A stretch of 34,376 nt of DNA from an uncultured bacterium (GCA_966211935.1 CBIHPU010000001.1:1-34376); one strand, 5' to 3'; positions 26,844-34,376 are shown, counted from the stretch's first letter. Notes: generated from the letters alone by a model not told the origin. Translations and numbers: made by a program.

Positions 26844-27413
26844 GTTAAACCTGGTTCATCCGTCCACACATGAAACAACCACACTCCCAGATTTAATTTC
26901 AACCAACACTAACAAAAAACATGAAGTAAATTCACTTTCTACATAATAATTCACCTTAAACAGTTCAACTAAATAATCAACTCAACATATACTAAAGAAC
27001 AATTTTAAATTCAAACAATAACTGTGTAGCGAGCCTGACACTTTTACATTTGCCTTCAAACTTTCATCTGCTGTCCCTCCCGACATGCTTAACGCCGGCA
27101 CACATAAACAAAAACTGCAATGGACCTTTTTATCACATCAGCCGCGCCGAACAAGACACCAGTTAATTCAGGAGAGTGTTCATGAACAACCGGACTTTAT
27201 TTTAAGGGATCTTTATCCGCCTTCTTCGCCGCCTTCATTTTTTTCCAAAGAACTACAGTTTGAATTGTTACTTCGCCTGCCTCAACCTCACACCGCTCCT
27301 ATCCAGAACAACCTCTGCAAAATTCATCCTGCACTTATAAAACTATCAGGATCACAGGAAGCCGATACACAGTTTTCTTGTTTTCAATCACAATTATTTT
27401 TACTCCATTACTT

Positions 27414-27959
27414 TCAGAATGCAACCTTAATACCAAGAGCCGGATCTACGAACATATAGGCATCACCTAAATTATCTATTTCCAGGTATGGCTTCAGATC
27501 AAAACTGAAAGCGAATGGAATTTGCCTCACTTTATATTCTATTCCAATCACGCCATCAACACCAACCGCGTAATCTGAGTCGCTGTAACGATAAAGAAAT
27601 TTTCTGCCATCATCAAATGCATAAAAATTTCTGCTGTTACCTATTGTACTGTGCGCGCCGCCTCCGTAATACCAGTAAAGTCCATCAACGTCCGTATTCG
27701 TGTGATGTTCATATAACACTGTCAATCCCATCGCGTCCGGCCAAACTCCAAGTATTCCCTCTATAGCATTCTCAGTTTTAAAAAAATGTTTGAATGTCAG
27801 TCCCGATGTCATGCCCGCGCGCAAACCGACTGCGTTTCTATATGAATAACCTTCATCTAACGATCCAGGTATGCGCGTATCTTTCTGAGCAAAAGCAAAC
27901 GATGAAAAGACAAGCGCTCCAGCCACACATACAGCTTTAAAAATATTTTTCGCTTTCAT
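27414..27959 (-). CDS. Small outer-membrane beta-barrel protein (OmpA-barrel/OMP_b-brl-like, about 8 strands)
   Basis: The ORF track starts at TTG 27977. I prefer ATG 27959 (MKAKNIFKAVCVAGALVFSSFAFAQ signal peptide). It has an alternating aromatic/Gly-rich beta pattern, and the C-terminal ...DPALGIKVAF ends in Phe, a typical OMP beta-signal. Confidence 0.75.
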   Translation of the reverse strand: MKAKNIFKAVCVAGALVFSSFAFAQKDTRIPGSLDEGYSYRNAVGLRAGMTSGLTFKHFFKTENAIEGILGVWPDAMGLTVLYEHHTNTDVDGLYWYYGGGAHSTIGNSRNFYAFDDGRKFLYRYSDSDYAVGVDGVIGIEYKVRQIPFAFSFDLKPYLEIDNLGDAYMFVDPALGIKVAF

Positions 27960-28129
27960 TTCCGCCTCCGTTTTCAAACTCCTTCATTCACTCGCGTAAA
28001 GCTTTTTCAAGTTTGAGACCATTTATTTTTCAAAATCTAAAAACCTGAAATTCAACCTGAGTTTATTATACTGAATTTTCTTTTTGTCTTAAATTGGAAA
28101 ACCATATTTCAATTTGGGATGCTGTTTAC

Positions 28130-28161
28130 TTGACGGCGAATCTGTTCACGCATGGCGTGAA
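28130..28161. promoter_or_regulatory. Candidate operator: TTGACGG..TGTTCACG motif overlapping a perfect 7-3-7 palindrome TTCACGC-ATG-GCGTGAA
   Basis: The palindrome lies at 28145-28161, in the divergent spacer between the OMP gene and the cytochrome gene. The left part, TTGACGGCGAATCTGTTCACG (28130-28150), recurs as TTGACGGAAATTGTGCACG at 30280-30298, upstream of the next gene. Confidence 0.3.
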
Positions 28162-28173
28162 TTTAACTTGAGC

Positions 28174-28181
28174 CATATTTG
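28174..28181 (+). promoter_or_regulatory. Possible Bacteroidota -7 promoter box (cATATTTG, 7/8 match to TAnnTTTG) for the cytochrome gene
   Basis: It ends 44 nt upstream of ATG 28225. There is no well-spaced -33 TTG, and the palindrome at 28145-28161 occupies that position. Confidence 0.3.
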
Positions 28182-28224
28182 ATGCTTAATATATAATCGG
28201 TAGTTTTGTTTAATCAACATCCGG

Positions 28225-30219
28225 ATGAAAATCAGCAAGATTGTTATACCTTTTTTTATTTCCACTTTGGCTATTGGAATGACGGCCTGGGTTGCGGGCA
28301 GCGGACTATTGTTGTCACCAGAAAAAAAATTCCACTCTGAATCTGAAAGAAAATATTTTGCAGAACATCCTGAAGCGATAAAAAACGATCCGGTTCATGT
28401 AAATGTTCCGCTCGATTCCAATCAATATTTCCTGACCAAAGAAAGCTGTCGCAATTGTCATGGTCATGATTCCACTAATTACGCAAACGTAGATTATAAT
28501 GGAAATGATGTAAATCTTTTTGACGATTGGGAGGCTACCATGATGGCCATGGCCGCACGCGATCCGCTGTGGAGAGCGAAAGTGAGTCATGAGATCCTTG
28601 TAAATCCTTCTCACTCACTTGCCTTGCAGGATAAATGTACCTCATGCCACGCGCCGATGGGAAGGTACACGCACAACTTTCACGGGAACGGATATTACAC
28701 AATGAATGATCTTGATAATGATTCGCTGGGTCTTGACGGCGTGAGTTGTTCAGGTTGTCATACAATCGGACCGATGGGAAACGGCGTAACGCTGGGCAAT
28801 TCATTTTCAGGAGTGATTCCATATGACACACTGCGAAACGCATATGGTCCATTTACAAATCCGGTTACAGGACCAATGCAACTTTACACGGGTTACACGC
28901 CAACCTACAGCGCGCACATGAGCGAATCGAGAGCCTGTTCTCCATGTCACACATTAATTACGAATTCAGTTGACCTCAGCGGAAACTTTACCGGAAAAAA
29001 ATTTGTTGAGCAGGCAACTTATCACGAGTGGCTGAATTCTGTTTTTTCCGCGGACAATGTTACCTGTCAAAATTGTCATATGCCACAGATTACAGATTCA
29101 ATCAGGATTGCAAACGGATATTTGAATCTTCCTCCCCGCTCGCCTTTTAACCGGCACAAATTTATGGGCGCAAATTCGTTCATGATCAAAATGATCAAGG
29201 ACAATAAAGGTAAACTTGGCATAACTGTTCCTGACAGAAATTTTGATTCTACTCTTGCTGCAACAAAAAGAAATTTGCGGCAAAATTCTGTGGCGCTGAA
29301 AATTTTCCAGGACAGCATAACCGCCGATACGGCTTTTTACCGCGTGCGTTTAATTAACAAAGCGGGACATAAATTTCCTTCAGGCTATCCAAGCAGAAGA
29401 GCTGTTCTGCAATTTGTTGTTGTTGGAAATCAAAATGACACTTTATTTAAATCAGGAATTATTGACGCGAATGGAAATACAGGTTCGGTTTTACCTTACG
29501 AAGATCATTACACGATTATCAATCAGCAAACGCAGACACAGGTTTATGAAATTGTAATGGGCGATGTGAATGGAAACCGCTCAACAATTCTTGAACGCGC
29601 CGACACAGTTTTAAAAGATAATCGTCTTCCTCCGGAAGGATTTGTTTCAACGCATTATTCTTACGACACGATTAAAGTGATGGGCAACGCGCTGAACGAT
29701 GCTGATTTTAATTTATACAGTCCCGGAGTGGAAGGAAGCGGAAGGGATTATGTTCATTTTCATATCGCGATAGCCGCGTTTCCACAAACGTATAATGTTT
29801 TCGCGAGACTATATTATCAAACACTTCCTCCCAATTTTTTGCAGGAAATGTTTTCTTACTCCAGCGCACCGATAGATTCTTTTAAAAACATGTACAATGC
29901 AGCGGACAAAGCGGCGGAACTTGTTGACGCCGATTCATTGCTGAACATTGTATTACTTTCTGATGCTTCTACAATGCCGGTCGCCGCTCAGGTATTTCCC
30001 GATCCCACTTCAGATGGAAATACGGAGATCAGATTTAATTATCCGGTGGAGATCTCACTTATCCGCGTTGTTAACATGAATGGCCAGACATTGCAGTTGT
30101 TAAAGCCACAACAAAAAATTGACAGGATTCCTGTTAAATTGCCGGAGGAAAAAGGGATTTATATTCTTGACATCTATACGGAAACGGGACGGGTGACAAG
30201 AAAAGTGATCCGGAATTAG
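28225..30219 (+). CDS. Five-heme c-type cytochrome with a T9SS type A C-terminal sorting domain (664 aa)
   Basis: Signal/anchor IVIPFFISTLAIGMTAWVAGSG. Five CXXCH motifs: CRNCH (aa 75), CTSCH (138), CSGCH (175), CSPCH (238) and CQNCH (281). A conserved-looking NKAGHKFPSGYPSRRAVLQF block. The C-terminus VFPDPTSDGNTEIRFNYPVEISLIRVVNMNGQTLQLL...EEKGIYILDIYTETGRVTRKVIRN is a Por_Secre_tail-type CTD. Confidence 0.85.
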   Translation: MKISKIVIPFFISTLAIGMTAWVAGSGLLLSPEKKFHSESERKYFAEHPEAIKNDPVHVNVPLDSNQYFLTKESCRNCHGHDSTNYANVDYNGNDVNLFDDWEATMMAMAARDPLWRAKVSHEILVNPSHSLALQDKCTSCHAPMGRYTHNFHGNGYYTMNDLDNDSLGLDGVSCSGCHTIGPMGNGVTLGNSFSGVIPYDTLRNAYGPFTNPVTGPMQLYTGYTPTYSAHMSESRACSPCHTLITNSVDLSGNFTGKKFVEQATYHEWLNSVFSADNVTCQNCHMPQITDSIRIANGYLNLPPRSPFNRHKFMGANSFMIKMIKDNKGKLGITVPDRNFDSTLAATKRNLRQNSVALKIFQDSITADTAFYRVRLINKAGHKFPSGYPSRRAVLQFVVVGNQNDTLFKSGIIDANGNTGSVLPYEDHYTIINQQTQTQVYEIVMGDVNGNRSTILERADTVLKDNRLPPEGFVSTHYSYDTIKVMGNALNDADFNLYSPGVEGSGRDYVHFHIAIAAFPQTYNVFARLYYQTLPPNFLQEMFSYSSAPIDSFKNMYNAADKAAELVDADSLLNIVLLSDASTMPVAAQVFPDPTSDGNTEIRFNYPVEISLIRVVNMNGQTLQLLKPQQKIDRIPVKLPEEKGIYILDIYTETGRVTRKVIRN

Positions 30220-30374
30220 GATTCTGTTTCGTCGCTATATTTTCCAGCTCAGCTTATTAAAACTGTTATTCATCTCTAATTGACGGAAATTGTGCACGAT
30301 TTTACCCTTTTTCATTTGAATAATAAGAATAGGTGTTTAACCCTCCAAAGCGGGCTCTGAACCTGAAAAAGGTG

Positions 30375-30404
30375 TTGCGTATCATTGTTTAATTAATAAA
30401 TTTG
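30375..30404 (+). promoter_or_regulatory. Likely Bacteroidota sigma-A promoter (-33 TTG / -7 TAAATTTG) for the FG-GAP/ASPIC-like gene
   Basis: TAAATTTG (30397-30404) is a perfect match to TAnnTTTG. A TTG at 30375-30377 lies 19 nt upstream. The box ends 41 nt before ATG 30446. Confidence 0.45.
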
Positions 30405-30445
30405 ATGCTAACGGTAAAACACCCCGTTTCTTAAAATTCATAAAC

Positions 30446-33340
30446 ATGAAACTACATTTACGCGGAACCCTTATTCCCTTGTTTGCACTTGCTGCGCTTG
30501 GGTCAAATGCTCAGATCTCTTTTACAAATTCAAATTCACTTCTTCACTCATCTACCGGGGTGGCGGGAAGTAACGCAAATGTGCGCAGTGGTAATTCGCT
30601 GACTGTTGTGGATATGAATAGTGACGGGCTTGACGATATTTGTAAACTCGCGGATAACGGAGATGTTTCTATTGAGTTTCAGAAACCAGGAGGTTCCTTC
30701 AATTACCTTTTCTGCGGAAACATTGGTGGAACAGGCGCTTGGTCTATGGTATGCGGAGATGTTGATCGCAATGGTTACAAAGATGTATTAACAGGTTATG
30801 GCAGCAGCGTAAGGCTGATGAAAATTGATCCGACCGGCTCAATGAGCGTAACTCTTTTACCGGGATCATCTTTTTTCGCGCAGAACATGAACTTCATGGA
30901 CATTAATAATGATGGATGGCTTGATATTTTTGCCTGCGACGATAACTCTTATTCAAAATTATGGTTGAATAACGGCTCTGGAAGTTTTCCAGCTGAAGCA
31001 AATAATACAGTTATCAATTTTGATATTACGCCGGGACAAACTTCAAACACCTCCAATGATGATTCAGGAAATTACGGAAGTGTCTGGACGGATTTTGATA
31101 ATGACGGAGATATTGATTTATATATTGCAAAATGCAGACAGGCCGTGAGCAGCGGTACAGATGCCCGTCGTATTGATGTTTTGTTTGAAAACAATAACGG
31201 TACATTTACAAATACAGCATTAAGTCACGGATTAGGAAGCGGCGATCAGGACTGGACATCATCTTTTGGTGATATTGACAATGATGGAGATTTCGATCTG
31301 TTTCTCACCAAGCACAATACAACTTCAAGAATTTACAAGAATACCGGTAGCGGAAATTTTGTAAGCGATGCCACAATAACTTTCGGAAGCATGCCTATGC
31401 AATCTCAGTTTGAAGACATGGACAATGACGGCTTTGTTGATCTAATCATTACAGGAGACAATGATCACCGCATTTACCACAATAACGGTAACGGAACATT
31501 TTCAGATGTAACTCCCGCGAACTTCGTTGTCAGCGGCAATACAGCATTATCATTCGCGTCAGGAGATCTTAATCACGATGGAAAAATTGATTTGTATTTC
31601 AGTTATGGAAGCACCTATAACAATCCCGGCACACAGGACGACCGTTACTGGATGAACTCAACAAACAACGCAAATCACTTTCTTACAATTATTCCGGTTG
31701 CAACAAACACCAATCATGACGGACTTGGTGTAAGAGCGTTTATTTATGGTCCCTGGGGTGTACAGACACGCGAAGTAAGAGGAGGAGAAAGCTACGGAAC
31801 ATTAAATTCCGGTCACCTCCATTTTGGACTGGGCTCTGCCACCACAATAGATTCTGTTGTTCTTAACTGGCCTTCAGGCGTTCAAACCGTAATAGTTAAT
31901 CCAACAGTCGATCAGTTTTTAAACGTTGGAGAATCCGGACAATGTACACTTTCAGGTGTTGTAGTAACTCCGGGTGGCAATACCAATCTTTGCAACGGAC
32001 AAACTGTAACGCTTTCCGCTCCAACTGGAACAGGTTATACTTATTTGTGGTCAGACGGATCAACAACTCAAACAATCACCGCAAATACAGCAGGATCTTA
32101 CGCTGTACAGGTTACTCAGTCACCTGGTTGTGTTTCTACTTCGCCTTCCATAAACGTAACAATGAACGCGGATGAAACTCCTACGGTGGCATCATCCAGC
32201 AACGATCTTGAATTCTGCCAGGACGGAAGTGTAACGCTTAGCTCATCACCCGCATCTTCTTATTTGTGGAGCAACGGCGCAACTACTCAATCAATTGTTG
32301 TAACTGCATCCGGTACATACTCTGTAACAATTCAGGGCGCGTGCCAGCAATGGACATCAACAGCAACTTCAGTAACAGTAAATCCGGCGCCTGCCACGCC
32401 AACGGGCTCTGATGTTTATATTACCTCCGCGCAAAGCGTAACGCTTACTGCAACTGGAACAAACGATGTTTGGTTCGATGCTGCAACAGGAGGAAATCAG
32501 CTTGCAACAGGAAACAATTATGTAACTCCTGTGGTAACACAAGACACAACCTTCTACGTGGAAGATCAAACAACTTACGGAGGCGCGAGTCTTTATGAGG
32601 GGATGAAATATCACTCAGGAACCAATTACAGCGGCAGTACATTTAATTCGTACATGATCTTTGATGTTCAGGTTCCATGCACACTGACCACTGTTAAAGT
32701 TTATACGGATAGTCCTGGAAACAGATTGATTGAACTTAGAAACAGCAGTGGTATTGTGCTTGATACGCAAATGGTAAATATTCCCCTTGATTCATCAGTC
32801 ATTACATTAAACTTTCCGTTAACGATTGGAACTTCCTACCAGTTAGGCTGTAATCAGGCTCAAAACCAAGCATTGCTGGGCACGGTTGCTCCACGATTAA
32901 GGCGATCAAATTCCAACGTTTCATATCCGTATAATATTTCAGGATTGGTAGACATCACCAACTCTTCACAAGGAAGCACCGTTTACTACTACTTCTACGA
33001 TTGGAACGTTGTTCAGCAAGGAATGGTTTGTCCTAGTCCGCGTCATCCTCAATCAGTATTATTCGTAACTGGATTGAACGAAGCGGAAATTGAAAACTTC
33101 ACATTGTATCCAAATCCAACTAATTCTTCAGTGAATATCATGATGAAAGATAATTCTGAAGCGAATACAATCATTACTTTAACCGACCTTACAGGCAAAA
33201 CAGTTAACGCTGTAACAGTAGGATCGGTTAAAAAAGACCAGGTGATAAATTTTGATATGCAGAATGTTGCGAAAGGAGTTTATTTCATCACGATGAAGCA
33301 GAACGGGAACACAACTGTTCAGCGCGTTATTAAAGATTAG
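30446..33340 (+). CDS. FG-GAP/VCBS beta-propeller + ASPIC/UnbV-like + Ig-like repeats + unknown module + T9SS type A CTD (CRTAC1-like, 964 aa)
   Basis: Signal peptide LIPLFALAALGSNAQ. Seven DxDxDGxxD-type loops (DMNSDGLDD, DVDRNGYKD, DINNDGWLD, DFDNDGDID, DIDNDGDFD, DMDNDGFVD, DLNHDGKID). An ASPIC/UnbV-like block GLGVRAFIYGPWGVQTREVRGGESYGTLNSGHLHFGLG. Ig-like repeats of the form CxGxxVTLSA..G..YLWS.G.TTQ.I. The CTD is FTLYPNPTNSSVNIMMKDNSEANTIITLTDLTGKTV...AKGVYFITMKQNGNTTVQRVIKD. Confidence 0.85.
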   Translation: MKLHLRGTLIPLFALAALGSNAQISFTNSNSLLHSSTGVAGSNANVRSGNSLTVVDMNSDGLDDICKLADNGDVSIEFQKPGGSFNYLFCGNIGGTGAWSMVCGDVDRNGYKDVLTGYGSSVRLMKIDPTGSMSVTLLPGSSFFAQNMNFMDINNDGWLDIFACDDNSYSKLWLNNGSGSFPAEANNTVINFDITPGQTSNTSNDDSGNYGSVWTDFDNDGDIDLYIAKCRQAVSSGTDARRIDVLFENNNGTFTNTALSHGLGSGDQDWTSSFGDIDNDGDFDLFLTKHNTTSRIYKNTGSGNFVSDATITFGSMPMQSQFEDMDNDGFVDLIITGDNDHRIYHNNGNGTFSDVTPANFVVSGNTALSFASGDLNHDGKIDLYFSYGSTYNNPGTQDDRYWMNSTNNANHFLTIIPVATNTNHDGLGVRAFIYGPWGVQTREVRGGESYGTLNSGHLHFGLGSATTIDSVVLNWPSGVQTVIVNPTVDQFLNVGESGQCTLSGVVVTPGGNTNLCNGQTVTLSAPTGTGYTYLWSDGSTTQTITANTAGSYAVQVTQSPGCVSTSPSINVTMNADETPTVASSSNDLEFCQDGSVTLSSSPASSYLWSNGATTQSIVVTASGTYSVTIQGACQQWTSTATSVTVNPAPATPTGSDVYITSAQSVTLTATGTNDVWFDAATGGNQLATGNNYVTPVVTQDTTFYVEDQTTYGGASLYEGMKYHSGTNYSGSTFNSYMIFDVQVPCTLTTVKVYTDSPGNRLIELRNSSGIVLDTQMVNIPLDSSVITLNFPLTIGTSYQLGCNQAQNQALLGTVAPRLRRSNSNVSYPYNISGLVDITNSSQGSTVYYYFYDWNVVQQGMVCPSPRHPQSVLFVTGLNEAEIENFTLYPNPTNSSVNIMMKDNSEANTIITLTDLTGKTVNAVTVGSVKKDQVINFDMQNVAKGVYFITMKQNGNTTVQRVIKD

Positions 33341-33358
33341 TTTAGTTTCTTTTACTAC

Positions 33359-33393
33359 AAAAAAGAGGATGGGCCAAAACCCGTCCTTTTTTT
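33359..33393. terminator. Bidirectional intrinsic terminator between convergent genes
   Basis: aaaaaagAGGATGGGccaaaaCCCGTCCTttttttt. An 8-bp stem with one G:U pair (33366-33373 / 33380-33387). The A run upstream and the T run downstream give a U tail on either strand. Confidence 0.8.
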
Positions 33394-33412
33394 ATTTTTT
33401 CAGGATGAGGGA

Positions 33413-34376
33413 TTAAGCGACCAGAATGCTCTTTGAATAATCGTCGCAGGTGAAAATAAAAATCTGCTTCTCCCGGCCAATTTGTTTCAGTGCTCTCGCG
33501 GCATTTGATTTGCGCGCCGCATCCATATCCGTAAGCGGATCGTCCATCATAATAAAACCGTCGCTGTTTTGTAAGTAAGCTTCCGCCAGTGCAAGTCTAA
33601 GAGCAAGTGCAAGACCCGCACGTGTTCCCTGCGACAATAGATCGACGCTGAGTGTGGTTTGTGAATTTGAAATCCGTTCCGGTAAACCATTGCTCATACT
33701 CACGTCCGGATACTTATTGTCGGTGATGCAACTGAACCACCAGGCAACACGCTCCGCTGTTTTATCTTTTTTATCGTTTTGTTCAAGAATGTTGTTCAGT
33801 TTATCCAGTATGCGCTGCATGGCCGCGCCTTGTTTTTTGGCAAGTTCAAATTTCCGGATCGCTATATCCAGCTGCAGTGTCACGTCTTCGGCGCTCTCTT
33901 CCTGCTCCCGACCCAACAGTTTACTCTCTTCATTTTTGTTTGCGCTCAACTCGTCTTTAAGAGCGGACAAACTCTTTTGAAATCTTTCATATTGCGCTTT
34001 GAAAGATGAAGCATCGGTAAATCCATCTGGAAGCGCTGCGAGACCGTTTAGTTCCTCTGCAATTTTATTTTCTCTCGTTTCGAGCCGGACAAGCAGCTTA
34101 ATGATCTCTCTTGGAGATTGATATTTTTCTTCCCACTCAAGCAATTGCTTTTTGTTCTGATCAACAAATACTTTGTGTTCTGCCAGTTCATTCCTTTTTT
34201 GTTCCTGCTCTTTTTCTATTGTTGCCACTTCACGCGCCGCGGGGAGTTCAGAAAGTTCATTGACGAATTTTTCCCAGCTCTCAAACGGACGATCCCTCAG
34301 TAATCTTTTGTAAATAGCTTGTTTACTGTCAACGGAATTTTTGAGAGTCTTTACTTTTTCATCCAGGACCTTTACT
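33413..34376 (-). CDS. SMC/SbcC/YhaN-like coiled-coil ABC-type ATPase, C-terminal part only; gene continues past window end
   Basis: The ORF track starts at GTG 34228, but my hand translation shows the frame stays open to 34376 (...VKVLDEKVKTLKNSVDSKQAIYKRLLRDRPFESWEKFVNELSELPAAREVATIEKEQ...). It has a long heptad-like charged region. The C-terminal head piece has the signature-like LSQGTRAGLALALRLALAE and the Walker B/D-loop GFIMMDDPLTDMDAAR. Confidence 0.75.
   Translation of the reverse strand, partial: VKVLDEKVKTLKNSVDSKQAIYKRLLRDRPFESWEKFVNELSELPAAREVATIEKEQEQKRNELAEHKVFVDQNKKQLLEWEEKYQSPREIIKLLVRLETRENKIAEELNGLAALPDGFTDASSFKAQYERFQKSLSALKDELSANKNEESKLLGREQEESAEDVTLQLDIAIRKFELAKKQGAAMQRILDKLNNILEQNDKKDKTAERVAWWFSCITDNKYPDVSMSNGLPERISNSQTTLSVDLLSQGTRAGLALALRLALAEAYLQNSDGFIMMDDPLTDMDAARKSNAARALKQIGREKQIFIFTCDDYSKSILVA

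Noticed and set aside
27190-27198. AAAGUCCGG on the minus strand, reminiscent of the RNase P RNA universally conserved GGAAAGUCCGG segment
   Set aside because: Only 9 nt match. The flanking sequence lacks the rest of the P4/J-region consensus and any plausible helices in this C-poor RNA. I treat it as coincidence.
27085-27459. 124-aa + strand ORF inside the long convergent spacer
   Set aside because: The product is a low-complexity P/S/L/Q/H-rich sequence. It overlaps the 3' end of the well-supported OMP gene by 46 nt, has no promoter-like box, and is followed by no + strand terminator. It is probably a by-product of the G-poor composition, which gives few stop codons.
1-34376. Search for mobile-element or defence-island hallmarks (integrase, transposase, terminal inverted repeats, tRNA attachment site, restriction-modification, toxin-antitoxin, CRISPR-Cas)
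   Set aside because: I recognised none in any frame. The only nucleotide-binding proteins are MoxR, which has classical DUF58 pairing, and the truncated SMC-like ATPase at the edge. I therefore do not call a defence or mobile system here.

Overview
This is a chromosomal segment of about 34.4 kb that looks Bacteroidota-like. The evidence is T9SS type A and type B C-terminal sorting domains, SprB-type repeats, a PorP/SprF gene and TAnnTTTG-type promoter boxes. I support 23 protein-coding genes, two of them cut by the window edges, plus several intrinsic terminators. I found no rRNA, tRNA, CRISPR array, integrase, transposase or obvious mobile element.

Gene order, left to right:
- a partial FAD monooxygenase (-)
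- a 1023-aa membrane-anchored VIT/vWA/TPR/DUF2135-like protein
- a YceI-like protein
- a four-gene adhesin operon: a 1977-aa SprB-repeat/PKD protein with a type B CTD, a TPR+PD40 protein, PorP/SprF, and an S37-like serine peptidase
- a bPH-TrmB pair (-)
- a lipoprotein and an RDD membrane protein (-)
- a tightly coupled six-gene operon, divergent from the RDD gene: SpoIIM-like, polytopic membrane protein, DUF4129-like, DUF4350-like, MoxR AAA+ and DUF58
- two tandem paralogous T9SS cargo genes of unknown function
- an unusually long G-poor convergent spacer with its own minus-strand terminator
- a small OMP beta-barrel (-)
- a five-heme c-type cytochrome with a T9SS CTD
- a seven-blade FG-GAP/ASPIC-like protein with a T9SS CTD
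- the C-terminal part of an SMC/YhaN-like ATPase (-)

The best candidates for an uncharacterised system are:
1. the MoxR/DUF58 membrane operon plus its divergent RDD/lipoprotein arm (about 15.9-24.3 kb);
2. the T9SS-addressed multiheme cytochrome with its FG-GAP/ASPIC-like neighbour, which shares an upstream motif with it (27.4-33.3 kb);
3. the unexplained transcribed-looking spacer at 26.7-27.4 kb.

All family names come from motif recognition by eye. No HMM, BLAST or folding computation was run.
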